Below, piece after piece: positions 1-8,002 of a stretch of 64,000 nt of DNA (its first letter is position 1; each line of letters starts with the position of its first letter). The translations under genes were made by a program, and so were the position numbers. Under the pieces are notes generated by a model. The model saw nothing but the letters and a program-made list of their open reading frames with translations, ran no database searches and was not told the DNA's origin. The stretch spans positions 8,312 to 72,311 of the forward strand of contig CAMNAK010000003.1 in the NCBI GenBank assembly GCA_946530965.1, in the 5' to 3' direction. The stretch comes from an uncultured Candidatus Saccharibacteria bacterium. GTDB lineage: Bacteria > Patescibacteriota > Saccharimonadia > Saccharimonadales > Saccharimonadaceae.

Positions 1-1
1 G

Positions 2-517
2 GATGAGGAAGTGGCAGACAAGATGCACGACTTCTTTGCCGAGAAGGGCTACAATGATGCTCAGATTGCCGGTATTGTTGGTAATGCAGAGGTCGAGAGT
101 GGCCTTGAGCCTTCTCGTGGCGTCCCCGGTGGTGGCTTTGGTTTGTTCCAGCTTATGGACTGCGAACAGCGCCGCGAGATGCTGACTGCCTTCGATGCCC
201 ATGGTGTTGGCAAATATGCCACATCAGACTACTGGGATTTCGAGGCAAGCGACTTCGATACGCGGGAGGATTTCGATATCTTTATGGACATAATGTTGGA
301 TTATACGATGAATCCGAATGATCCTACCTGGATGAACGAAATTGCCTGCACTGACAGTCCGGAGGAAGCGGCCGAGGTCTTCTTGATTTTCTATGAACGG
401 GCCGTTAATGGCAGTAGCCCGATCGAGTACTATGAGCCTTATTCTGGTTTGTATTATCAGGGTACTAGCAAGCGACGCGAAGCTGCCCGCCGTTGGTATG
501 AATACTATACGGCCTGA
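2..517 (+). CDS. C-terminal part of a larger protein (5' end outside window) with a phage-tail-lysozyme-like muralytic domain
   Basis: The frame is open from base 2 (DEEVADKMHDFF...), so the listed 11..517 ORF is only a GTG-started truncation. The motif IAGIVGNAEVESG...GGFGLFQL is typical of the Phage_lysozyme2-type family. A terminator hairpin follows at 552-575. Confidence 0.55.
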   Translation, partial: DEEVADKMHDFFAEKGYNDAQIAGIVGNAEVESGLEPSRGVPGGGFGLFQLMDCEQRREMLTAFDAHGVGKYATSDYWDFEASDFDTREDFDIFMDIMLDYTMNPNDPTWMNEIACTDSPEEAAEVFLIFYERAVNGSSPIEYYEPYSGLYYQGTSKRREAARRWYEYYTA

Positions 518-551
518 CGGTTACTAGAGAAAGCATGTTTTTCAATACTCC

Positions 552-575
552 GGCGCCCCAAAGGGGTGCCTTTTT
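552..575 (+). terminator. Intrinsic terminator
   Basis: GGCGCCCC-aaa-GGGGTGCC stem followed by TTTTT. Confidence 0.7.
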
Positions 576-581
576 CTTGGG

Positions 582-1391
582 CTATCTTATAACTCTATTT
601 GCAATCTTAAGAAACACAAGAACAAATAGATTTACAATAACAACCGTTGCACCAGTTGGCGTGCCAAGCGCATAGGAAACAATTAGTCCGGCCACGAAGT
701 TAATAACGGACAGAAGTGCACTAGCAATCGTGACGTTTTTGAAACTCTTGAAAATACTCTGGGCAGACAAAGTCGGGAAGATAATGAGACTAGAAATTAA
801 GAGTGCGCCGACCAAGCGCATGCCGAGCACGATTAAGACCGAGCAGAGAATTGCAAAAATTGCATTGTAAAGCTTGGTGTTTATTCCGATGGCACGGGCG
901 AACTTCTCGTCAAATGTGAGCGCAAAAATCTTGTTATGGAAGACTGCGAAGATTGAAATAATCGTAACGAGCAGGATTGATGCTAGGATTAAATCGCTGT
1001 TTCCGACCGACAAAATGCTACCGAAAAGATAGCTGTTAATATCGATATTTACACCTGCGAGTGACACGATAAAAGTTCCAATCGCGAGCGCGCTGGCGGA
1101 CATCAAGGCAATGGCTGAGTCGCCGTGAATCTTTGCATTGCTATCTATCTTCAAGACAAAGAAAGAAGCCAAAATAACTACTGGAATTGCAACCCAGAGC
1201 GGAGCAAGGTTCAGGACTAATGCGAGCGCAAAAGCTCCGAAAGCTACATGGGACAAACCGTCTCCGAGCATGGAATTCTTCTTGAGAACTAGCGGCGTGC
1301 CAATTAGTGCTGCAGAAAGCGAAATCAAGACGCCAACGACCAGCGCCCTAATCATAAAGTCATAAGAAAACATCTCGATTAAACTATTCAT
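582..1391 (-). CDS. znuB: Metal (zinc-type) ABC transporter permease, ABC-3 family
   Basis: Polytopic membrane protein with the LGDGLSHVAFGAFALAL motif. I place the start at MNSLIEMF (1391), overlapping the upstream ATPase stop by 8 nt. It sits in an operon with an ATPase, a binding protein and a Fur-family regulator. Confidence 0.8.
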   Translation of the reverse strand: MNSLIEMFSYDFMIRALVVGVLISLSAALIGTPLVLKKNSMLGDGLSHVAFGAFALALVLNLAPLWVAIPVVILASFFVLKIDSNAKIHGDSAIALMSASALAIGTFIVSLAGVNIDINSYLFGSILSVGNSDLILASILLVTIISIFAVFHNKIFALTFDEKFARAIGINTKLYNAIFAILCSVLIVLGMRLVGALLISSLIIFPTLSAQSIFKSFKNVTIASALLSVINFVAGLIVSYALGTPTGATVVIVNLFVLVFLKIANRVIR

Positions 1392-2055
1392 GGTGCACCT
1401 TTCTAACGTATTCTTCGGTCGTGCCAAAGAAGTAGTCCTTGTCGTGGAGTGACAAAATCTTTGTACCGATCAAGTTGCCGTGGTCGAGGTCATGCGTAAT
1501 CATAACAATCGTAATGCCTTGTTCTGCGTTCAGTTTCTGGACAATCTCGTAAAGCTCAGTCTTGGACTTCTTGTCTAGGTTATTAGATGGCTCGTCGAGG
1601 ATTAAAACCTTGTCGGTAGCCATCAGGGCGCGAGCGAGCAATACTTTTTGACGCTGACCGCCAGATAATTCGGCGAAGCAACGTTTTTCTAGCTTCTCGA
1701 TGCCGAGTAGCCTCAAGGTTTTTAGGGCGCGTTCCTTTGTTTCTTTGGAATAGAAGAATGGATTTTTGTTTAGCGCACCAGACAAAACAATTTCAAAAAC
1801 CGAGGCAGGGAAATTTGGATCGACGGTCGTCTCTTGTGGCATGTAGCCAATCTGGTTTCGATTGATATTAAACTGGATTTTGCCAGACATTAGCGGAAGT
1901 AGTTCAAGGATACCGCGAATCAAAGTTGTCTTACCAGAACCGTTTGGGCCGACGACGCAGATAAAATCTTTGTCTTGAATATCGAAACTCAGGCCGTCAA
2001 TAATGGCGGTATTGCCGTAGCCAATCTTGACTTTTTTAAGCGATATTAAGCTCAT
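1384..2055 (-). CDS. znuC: Metal ABC transporter ATP-binding protein
   Basis: Walker A GPNGSGKTT, signature LSGGQRQKV and Walker B LILDEP. Coupled to both flanking genes. Confidence 0.85.
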   Translation of the reverse strand: MSLISLKKVKIGYGNTAIIDGLSFDIQDKDFICVVGPNGSGKTTLIRGILELLPLMSGKIQFNINRNQIGYMPQETTVDPNFPASVFEIVLSGALNKNPFFYSKETKERALKTLRLLGIEKLEKRCFAELSGGQRQKVLLARALMATDKVLILDEPSNNLDKKSKTELYEIVQKLNAEQGITIVMITHDLDHGNLIGTKILSLHDKDYFFGTTEEYVRKVHHE

Positions 2056-2990
2056 TAGTTTAGTGCCTCCCTAATTACTTCGAGATTGCTCTCCATGATA
2101 TCGGCATAAGTTTTGCCGTTATCGAAATCTTCTGCCGAGATAGTGTGCGCAGAACTGAAAGTCAGATATTTGACTCCAGCCTCCTTTGCGATAGTTCTTG
2201 CAATAGTATCGCTACTCATTTCGATCTTTAAGATAACTGGGATTTTCTCGCTCTTTACCTTGTCTACGAGGAAGGCGATAGTTTGGTTGCTGGCTTCGGT
2301 CTGGTCAGAACAACCTGGGAAAGCAGCGTAGTAATCTAGGTCGTAATCTTCGACAAAATAGCGCAAAGGGAAGCGGTCGCCAAAGACGAGGGTTTTGCGC
2401 TTGGCTCCAGAAATAATCTCCTGGAAACTAGTATCGATATCGGCGAGCCTTTGGTTGTAGTTTTTGGCATTTTGCTCGAAGTAGGCTTTGTTTTCTGGCG
2501 AGATTTCGCTAAGAGTGCCTGTGAGGCTATTAATAATCTTCTGGGCATTCCTTAGGCTCGTCCAGATATGTTCGTCGTATTCCGCCTCTTCGGATTCTTC
2601 TTCGTCGCTCTCCATGCCCTCGACGGCTTCTTCTTCGACTAGCTCGACCGCGTCCATCATCTTGAAAACTTTTGCATTGCCAATCAAGTCATCTTCGATC
2701 CACTTGTCAGATTCGCCACCGTTAAAAATAAAAAGGTCGCTATTCTTGATATCTATAATGTCGCTTGGGCTTGGTTCGTAATTATGGAGCTCGGCGCCAG
2801 GTTTAATGAGCATCTTGATGTCTGCTTTGTCTCCTGCGACGGCACGTGCAAAATCATAAGCCGGGAAATTTGTCGTAACAATAGAAATCTTGTCGCTATG
2901 TTTGCGACTGCTGCCGAGCATTAATATTGCGCCAACCCCAACAAACAAAGTAGCGAAGAGCAAGATAAGGATTTTTAGATTTTTCTTCAT
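2055..2990 (-). CDS. znuA: Metal ABC transporter substrate-binding protein (ZnuA/TroA-like) with an acidic loop
   Basis: Signal/anchor segment KILILLFATLFVGVGAILML and an acidic loop VEGMESDEEESEEAEYDEH typical of ZnuA. Start chosen at MKKNLK (2990), which overlaps the zur stop by 4 nt. Confidence 0.8.
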   Translation of the reverse strand: MKKNLKILILLFATLFVGVGAILMLGSSRKHSDKISIVTTNFPAYDFARAVAGDKADIKMLIKPGAELHNYEPSPSDIIDIKNSDLFIFNGGESDKWIEDDLIGNAKVFKMMDAVELVEEEAVEGMESDEEESEEAEYDEHIWTSLRNAQKIINSLTGTLSEISPENKAYFEQNAKNYNQRLADIDTSFQEIISGAKRKTLVFGDRFPLRYFVEDYDLDYYAAFPGCSDQTEASNQTIAFLVDKVKSEKIPVILKIEMSSDTIARTIAKEAGVKYLTFSSAHTISAEDFDNGKTYADIMESNLEVIREALN

Positions 2991-3370
2991 TTGCAGCCTC
3001 CACAAAAGCCGTTGATAATAATATGTGTATCTGTCGGGAAGAAATGATGCTCGCCCGAAATGTGCGCCATTAATCCCTTAACTTCTTCGCAGTCAATATG
3101 TGTAAGCTTGCCGCATTTTTCGCACTTCAAATAGAAATGGTCGGCCTCATCGCAAGGTATAACATATTGGTACCTGGCAGAATTATTCTCTTGGGATACG
3201 CGAATAATCGTGCCTTCGTTCTCGAGAGTTTCGATAAAGCGGTAAATTGTCGTAAGTCCAATTTCATGATCGAGCTCTTCGTAAATATCTTTGGCGGCAA
3301 AATCCGCAGCCCGCTTCTTGATGGCGGCTAAGACTTTTTGCCTTGGTTTGGTATTATATGTCTCGCTCAT
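2987..3370 (-). CDS. zur: Fur-family transcriptional regulator, most likely Zur
   Basis: A winged-helix N-terminus (IGLTTIYRFIETLENEG) plus CxxC pairs (CEKCGK ... CGGCK). Start placed at MSETYN (3370). It is the first gene of the znu operon and lies directly behind a Zur-box palindrome. Confidence 0.8.
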   Translation of the reverse strand: MSETYNTKPRQKVLAAIKKRAADFAAKDIYEELDHEIGLTTIYRFIETLENEGTIIRVSQENNSARYQYVIPCDEADHFYLKCEKCGKLTHIDCEEVKGLMAHISGEHHFFPTDTHIIINGFCGGCK

Positions 3371-3393
3371 AAATTGAAAATGATTTTCAATTT
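3371..3393. promoter_or_regulatory. Zur/Fur-type operator, a perfect 23-bp palindrome
   Basis: AAATTGAAAAT-G-ATTTTCAATTT is a perfect inverted repeat abutting the zur start codon. The core TGAAAATGATTTTCA matches the actinobacterial-type Zur box as I recall it. Confidence 0.75.
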
Positions 3394-3397
3394 CTAG

Positions 3398-3406
3398 TTT
3401 ATAGCA
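3398..3406 (-). promoter_or_regulatory. Extended -10 promoter element of the zur-znuABC operon
   Basis: The minus strand reads TGcTATAAA. The predicted TSS falls inside the Zur box. Confidence 0.5.
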
Positions 3407-3450
3407 GGCCAAACAAAAATGCAATATAATAAAACTGAAAGGATTTCAAA

Positions 3451-4095
3451 ATGAGACAGATTTTACTTGCTACTACTAACCCAGGAAAAGTTATGACCTT
3501 CAAAAAGATTCTGGCTAAACTTGGCTATGAAGGCGTGTCTTTTGCTGATCTTGGTCTAAATCTAGAAGAACCAGACGAGACGAAACTTACTGCGGACGAA
3601 ATCGCAGCCGAGAAGGCGCTAGGATATGCAAAGCAATACAAAGATTTACCAGTGCTTGCGCGCGATGATACAAACGACCTAATCGGCGTTGCAGAAGAAG
3701 ATGATCCAAAGAACCACAACAAAGCCTTTGTGGTTGCTAGGAAGGGCAAATATACTGACGAACTTGGCGCTGAAACTTTTGCCGAGGTTGCTCATAAATA
3801 TGGTGGTGAAGTTGCCTGTAGATTCAACTGGGGCTATGGTCTAGCTTGGCATGATGGCGACGAAATTAAGGTTGTAAATACACTTGTCTCGACCAACCCA
3901 GAAGATATTAAAGTTGTAGATAAAATCTCTCCAAAGAAGGTTCCTGGCTTCTGTTTCTCGCCTGTCATGCAGGTTAATATTAACGGCGTCTGGAAATATG
4001 ATTCGGAGCTTGACGACGAGGATAGCTGGATTGCCTACTGGAGCTTGCAAGCGGAAGGCATCAAAAAGCTTCTCGATCAGCTTCCAGATTTTTAG
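3451..4095 (+). CDS. Divergent Ham1/RdgB-like non-canonical NTP pyrophosphatase
   Basis: The N-terminal ILLATTNPGKV resembles the RdgB VLATGNxGKV motif, and the downstream DET..T..E.A..KA pattern is also present. RBS GAAAGGA lies 7 nt upstream. Confidence 0.55.
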   Translation: MRQILLATTNPGKVMTFKKILAKLGYEGVSFADLGLNLEEPDETKLTADEIAAEKALGYAKQYKDLPVLARDDTNDLIGVAEEDDPKNHNKAFVVARKGKYTDELGAETFAEVAHKYGGEVACRFNWGYGLAWHDGDEIKVVNTLVSTNPEDIKVVDKISPKKVPGFCFSPVMQVNINGVWKYDSELDDEDSWIAYWSLQAEGIKKLLDQLPDF

Positions 4096-4775
4096 TCTAT
4101 AACTTCTTCGCCGAAGGCTTCATTAACTGCGCCTTTTACGATTCCTGGCACAATAATTCCGTCGACTTTGCATTCTTCGATAATCTTGCGCACGTTCGCA
4201 TTGGTAGGTGAAATGCCTTGCTTTTTCATCTTGCGACCGATTTCGCGCCCAATACCAGATTCTTCTTCCGAGAAAACGCAGCCACAATATTTTTGCATAT
4301 AAAGCCCAGCGGCGCGCGCTTCGTCTTGGCCCTCTTGCCAGCCTTTACGGAAATCTCGGTATAGAAACTCAACACCGTATTCTTCGGCATATTTGTCCAT
4401 GAGTTCGGCAATAAAATCATGTTTCTGGTAGATACTGTAAAGTAAAGTAGTAGAAATCGTATCGTAGCCGTTCTGCTTGGCGTATTCAAAAGCCTGGCGC
4501 AAGCGCTTTGGATAACAATATTCTTGGCAACGGGTCGTAATCTTGTCTACAACATTCTTGCAAAATTCATCTAGTCCGTAAGCATCCTCAAGAATAAGCT
4601 TGACGTCTTTTTGTTTGGCGTAATCTACGAGACAATCGCGGCGAGCCTTGTATTCGGCATAAGGGTGGATATTTGGGTTATACCAATACAGGGTCGGCTC
4701 GATATTCTCCTCGCGCAGAGACTTAATACAATAAACGCTGCATGGCGCGCAACAAGTGTGAAGTAAAAGTTTCAT
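4092..4775 (-). CDS. queH: Epoxyqueuosine reductase QueH (DUF208)
   Basis: N-terminal LLHTCCAPCS and a C-terminal CGCVFS cysteine motif are characteristic of QueH. About 45 extra residues sit at the C-terminus. Confidence 0.85.
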   Translation of the reverse strand: MKLLLHTCCAPCSVYCIKSLREENIEPTLYWYNPNIHPYAEYKARRDCLVDYAKQKDVKLILEDAYGLDEFCKNVVDKITTRCQEYCYPKRLRQAFEYAKQNGYDTISTTLLYSIYQKHDFIAELMDKYAEEYGVEFLYRDFRKGWQEGQDEARAAGLYMQKYCGCVFSEEESGIGREIGRKMKKQGISPTNANVRKIIEECKVDGIIVPGIVKGAVNEAFGEEVID

Positions 4776-4782
4776 TAAGGGT

Positions 4783-4791
4783 ATTATAGCA
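4783..4791 (-). promoter_or_regulatory. Extended -10 (TGcTATAAT) 7 nt upstream of the queH ATG (leaderless-type arrangement)
   Basis: The minus strand reads tTGcTATAAT-accctta-ATG. No SD sequence is present. Confidence 0.55.
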
Positions 4792-4792
4792 A

Positions 4793-4816
4793 CAAAAAAC
4801 TCCCCATTTCGGGGAG
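4793..4816 (-). terminator. Intrinsic terminator of rpmE2
   Basis: On the minus strand, CTCCCC-gaaat-GGGGAG is followed by TTTTTT. Confidence 0.75.
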
Positions 4817-4829
4817 ATTTTGTAAAAAC

Positions 4830-5159
4830 CTATTTGTCGGCTTTTGCTGCCTTCTTTTCGGCTTCCTTCTTCGCTTTGGTGACCTTGTTGCCGAGGGTAG
4901 AACGAAGAGCTGCTGCCTTCTGTGCGCGAGCCTTGAAGCGGTCGACGCGACCTTCGGTATCGATGATCTTTTCCTCGCCAGTGAAGAATGGGTGAGATGC
5001 GCTCGAAATCTGAATCTTTACGAGCGGATATTCTTTGCCATCCGTCCACTTGGTTGTCTCTTCCGACTTAGCGGTCGAGCGCGTTAGGAAAGAAAACTTT
5101 GCCTGTTCATCGGCAAAGACCACAAAACGATAGTCTTTTGGTTGGATTGCTTCTTTCAT
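4830..5159 (-). CDS. rpmE2: 50S ribosomal protein L31, type B (no zinc ribbon)
   Basis: MKEAIQPKDY...SSASHPFFTG motif with a lysine-rich tail. It lacks the CxxC pairs of type A. Confidence 0.85.
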   Translation of the reverse strand: MKEAIQPKDYRFVVFADEQAKFSFLTRSTAKSEETTKWTDGKEYPLVKIQISSASHPFFTGEEKIIDTEGRVDRFKARAQKAAALRSTLGNKVTKAKKEAEKKAAKADK

Positions 5160-5214
5160 AATTGCACCTTATTATATCAGATTTCTCAAACAGAGTAAAG
5201 CCCCTGATAGGAGA

Positions 5215-5577
5215 CTACTTCCAATCGTCGGTTGGGAAGAATTTTCTGGAGATTTCTTCGAGCTTTTGGCAGCCGTTTTCGAGTAAATAATAGTGGCGAA
5301 CGTACAAAACTTCGGTAACGGTTAGGGCTAGCGTGATGAACCCAAGGCAATAGTTCAAGATCGGGCTACCATTCACAAAAATCGCGCAGAATAGGAAAGC
5401 TAGGAAGAACAAAATCATATAAAATGCGAAAGCTAGCGTGACGTAAAGATGAATCTGGCGCTCGTGCTGGAAATGCTGGAGCATGGTCAGGTGGTATTCG
5501 CGCTTATCTTTGCTTGGCTTCTTGGCGAGATTTTCGGCTTCTTCGATATAAGCTTTAAGTTTCTTATCCATAAGCAT
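5215..5577 (-). CDS. Hypothetical small membrane protein (2 TM)
   Basis: Clean ORF with two hydrophobic segments. No recognisable family. Confidence 0.45.
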   Translation of the reverse strand: MLMDKKLKAYIEEAENLAKKPSKDKREYHLTMLQHFQHERQIHLYVTLAFAFYMILFFLAFLFCAIFVNGSPILNYCLGFITLALTVTEVLYVRHYYLLENGCQKLEEISRKFFPTDDWK

Positions 5578-5594
5578 ATTTTATCATATGAAAG

Positions 5595-5623
5595 AAAAAG
5601 CCCTCGACCGGTTGGTCGAGGGC
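5595..5623 (-). terminator. Intrinsic terminator
   Basis: GCCCTCGACC-aacc-GGTCGAGGGC followed by TTTTT on the minus strand. Confidence 0.8.
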
Positions 5624-5636
5624 GGCGCAGATGCTG

Positions 5637-5966
5637 TTATCCGAAGCTTCTGATTTCACGGGCAAGCGAGAGCACTTCCTCTTCTGTCAGATAGCCACGA
5701 ATATCATTCGTAATATCCGTGCCATAGAAAGGTTCACCATCCTTCATGACTGCAAGTTCCCAGGGGCAACCTTTTGTGCTACGCGACGTGTATTCGTCCA
5801 GGGTGGTGCATATGGCCTGGAGAATAGAAACGCCGTAGCCGTTAGGATAATCTGCTTGATAGAGAATCGAGACAAGGCCCGAATCGCGACTGACTTGCTT
5901 GACCGAACGAAGGGAGCCTTCGAAGATGGTGTGTTCTGCAAGTTTACTGAGATAACAGATTTTCAT
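5637..5966 (-). CDS. Hypothetical protein (about 109 aa)
   Basis: The minus-strand ORF has a protein-like composition. Start chosen at MKICYL, which has AGAAAGGG 7 nt upstream; the listed 6041 start lacks an RBS. The unit is monocistronic between a consensus promoter (6178-6206) and a terminator. Confidence 0.45.
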   Translation of the reverse strand: MKICYLSKLAEHTIFEGSLRSVKQVSRDSGLVSILYQADYPNGYGVSILQAICTTLDEYTSRSTKGCPWELAVMKDGEPFYGTDITNDIRGYLTEEEVLSLAREIRSFG

Positions 5967-6177
5967 AACAAAACCCTTTCTAACCGCGGTTTTCGCCATG
6001 TCCTGATTAGGAAATGGTTTATAGCCGTAACCGGTACCCATGTCTATTACATGGGCGGTACTTCTAGAGCCCTTTTGTAATTAAGTAGATTATGGGAATG
6101 CTAATGCTTGGGGTTTGATGTCTGCCGACATGATCAAGGTTTACTATTGAGAGCAATAATTGCTACAATCAACATAT

Positions 6178-6206
6178 ATTATACAATAAGTATTCAAAAA
6201 AGTCAA
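6178..6206 (-). promoter_or_regulatory. Sigma70-type promoter
   Basis: The minus strand reads TTGACT-17 nt-TATAAT. Confidence 0.65.
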
Positions 6207-6225
6207 TATAAAGACATAAAACAAG

Positions 6226-6250
6226 AAAAAAGCCCGTCATGACGGCGGGC
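6226..6250 (-). terminator. Intrinsic terminator
   Basis: GCCCG...CGGGC hairpin followed by TTTTTT on the minus strand. Confidence 0.6.
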
Positions 6251-6263
6251 GAAACGATATATA

Positions 6264-6632
6264 TCAGAGATCGGGAATATCTGCGAGCTCCGTAAAGAAG
6301 CCTTCATTGTGAGCGCGGATGTAGAGATCGAAGAGCTTTTCGTCTGTCGCTCTGACCTCTTCGGAAATTCTTCCTACGGCCTTGCGGATACTGTCGAGGC
6401 TACACCTCGAGCGCGCGAATACGATGGCGATTTTGTCTTTACCAGTTGCGAATTCTTTGCAAGTGAGCACGGCGCCGGGACGGATTCTTACTCCGCAAGC
6501 TTCGAAGATATCCTGGTATTGCAGCCCCAAATTATCGATAACGTCGATATAGGCGAAAGAGTTGCCTCTAAGGAGCTGGTCGAGTCTGCTTATGCCGAAA
6601 ATATGAATTGTCGGCTCGAATGACTTGGACAT
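6264..6632 (-). CDS. Hypothetical protein (122 aa)
   Basis: Strong RBS (GAAGGAGG, 8 nt spacer) before the ATG, with a terminator downstream. No family recognised. Confidence 0.55.
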   Translation of the reverse strand: MSKSFEPTIHIFGISRLDQLLRGNSFAYIDVIDNLGLQYQDIFEACGVRIRPGAVLTCKEFATGKDKIAIVFARSRCSLDSIRKAVGRISEEVRATDEKLFDLYIRAHNEGFFTELADIPDL

Positions 6633-6752
6633 AGATATTGCCTCCTTCTCGAAAAAGACTTAGGATATGAAACCCTACTACTTAGATTTCAACATAAAAT
6701 AACAGATATGTCAATATTAGTGCACTGGACCAGTATCTTTTGCCGTATAGCT

Positions 6753-6833
6753 ATTTACTTGCAAAATCCGCAAGTAATGTCAGGTGAGCCTATAACGCTC
6801 AGGTGTAATTACTTGCCAAAATCGCAAGTAAAT
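6753..6833 (-). repeat. ~80-bp nested-palindrome element, copy 1 (inverted relative to copies 2 and 3)
   Basis: TTACTTGC-N7-GCAAGTAA at 6755-6777 and again at 6809-6831 (centres 54 bp apart), flanking a conserved core. Its reverse complement aligns with 50041-50119. Confidence 0.7.
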
Positions 6834-6970
6834 CTATATAGTCAAAAAAGAAAATCCTCGCCGAAAACCGATAGCATGCTAGAATGAAATTAACGGGTTG
6901 TTTAGACTAGCGTTCTATACAAAACTGCCAAAATATGGCATAATAGAATAATCTTTTTTGAGAAATCGCC

Positions 6971-8002
6971 ATGGAGAAAATGAAGACCTTAAGGCCTAAG
7001 GGCTGTGTTGCTATTCTCTCGCCGTCAGCCGATACTGCCGGCTATTTTCCTCATGTCTACAAGCGTGGCGAAGCCGCCATTAAGGATCTTCTCGGTCTTG
7101 ATGCAAAGCTCTATCCTACTACTCTTTCTACGGATAATACTCCTGAAAAGCGCGCCAAAGATTTGAATGCTGCTTTCAAAGACAAAGACGTTGTTGCTAT
7201 TTTTACGACCATCGGTGGCGATGATGAAGTGCGTATTTTGAAATATCTGGACAAGGAAATAATCCGCAATAATCCAAAGCCATTCTTCGGCTACAGTGAT
7301 AATACCCATCTCAATCTATTTCTAAGTAGTCTTGGCGTGCCTTGCTATTACGGCGCTTCGATTATGACGCAGTTTGCGATGGCTGGCGGCATGGATGCTT
7401 ATACCGTTGCTTCGATTATGAACGCAATCAATCATGTCGGTGAAGTCGAAATCAAACAGCCGAGCTACTGCAAGGAGGCAGATTCTGACTGGTCTAGCGA
7501 AGAAGGCTTGAAAGTAGAAAAAGAGCGCGAAAAAGCTCTAAAAACGCAGTGGATCTCAAAACAAAAATCTGGCGAAGTTAAGGGTGAACTTTGGGGTGGC
7601 TGCCTTGAATGTATTTTCGAGTATCTTGCATCTGGCAACCCTCTAAAACTCGGCGATTCGGACAAAATTATCTTTATTGAAACTGCGGAAGATATGCCTA
7701 CGGCAGTACATGTTAAAAGTGCGCTTCAGGGTATGGGTGAGCGTGGGATTTTTAAGAATGCTAAGGCTCTACTTGTTGGTCGTCCAAAAACTCTTGCTTT
7801 CGATAAACAAATTGGCAAAAACGAGCGCATCGAATATCGCAAAGAGCAGCGAAAAATTATTAGAGACACTTTTCGTGAATATTCTGACGCGCCAATTATC
7901 TTTAATCTAAGCTTCGGCCATACCGATCCTCAGCTTGTCGTGCCATATGGTCACGAAGCTAGGATTAACCTAGAAACAAAGCAAATCTTCTTCGAATATT
8001 AA
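6971..8002 (+). CDS. S66-family LD-carboxypeptidase (LdcA/MccF-like)
   Basis: The motifs AIFTTIGGDD and the nucleophile-type FFGYSDNTHL match the S66 family, and a C-terminal His/Glu region is present. Confidence 0.75.
   Translation: MEKMKTLRPKGCVAILSPSADTAGYFPHVYKRGEAAIKDLLGLDAKLYPTTLSTDNTPEKRAKDLNAAFKDKDVVAIFTTIGGDDEVRILKYLDKEIIRNNPKPFFGYSDNTHLNLFLSSLGVPCYYGASIMTQFAMAGGMDAYTVASIMNAINHVGEVEIKQPSYCKEADSDWSSEEGLKVEKEREKALKTQWISKQKSGEVKGELWGGCLECIFEYLASGNPLKLGDSDKIIFIETAEDMPTAVHVKSALQGMGERGIFKNAKALLVGRPKTLAFDKQIGKNERIEYRKEQRKIIRDTFREYSDAPIIFNLSFGHTDPQLVVPYGHEARINLETKQIFFEY

Noticed and set aside
5631-6080. 149-aa plus-strand ORF
   Set aside because: It begins inside the terminator hairpin of the minus-strand unit and lacks an RBS. 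The promoter and terminator orientation supports the minus-strand gene.
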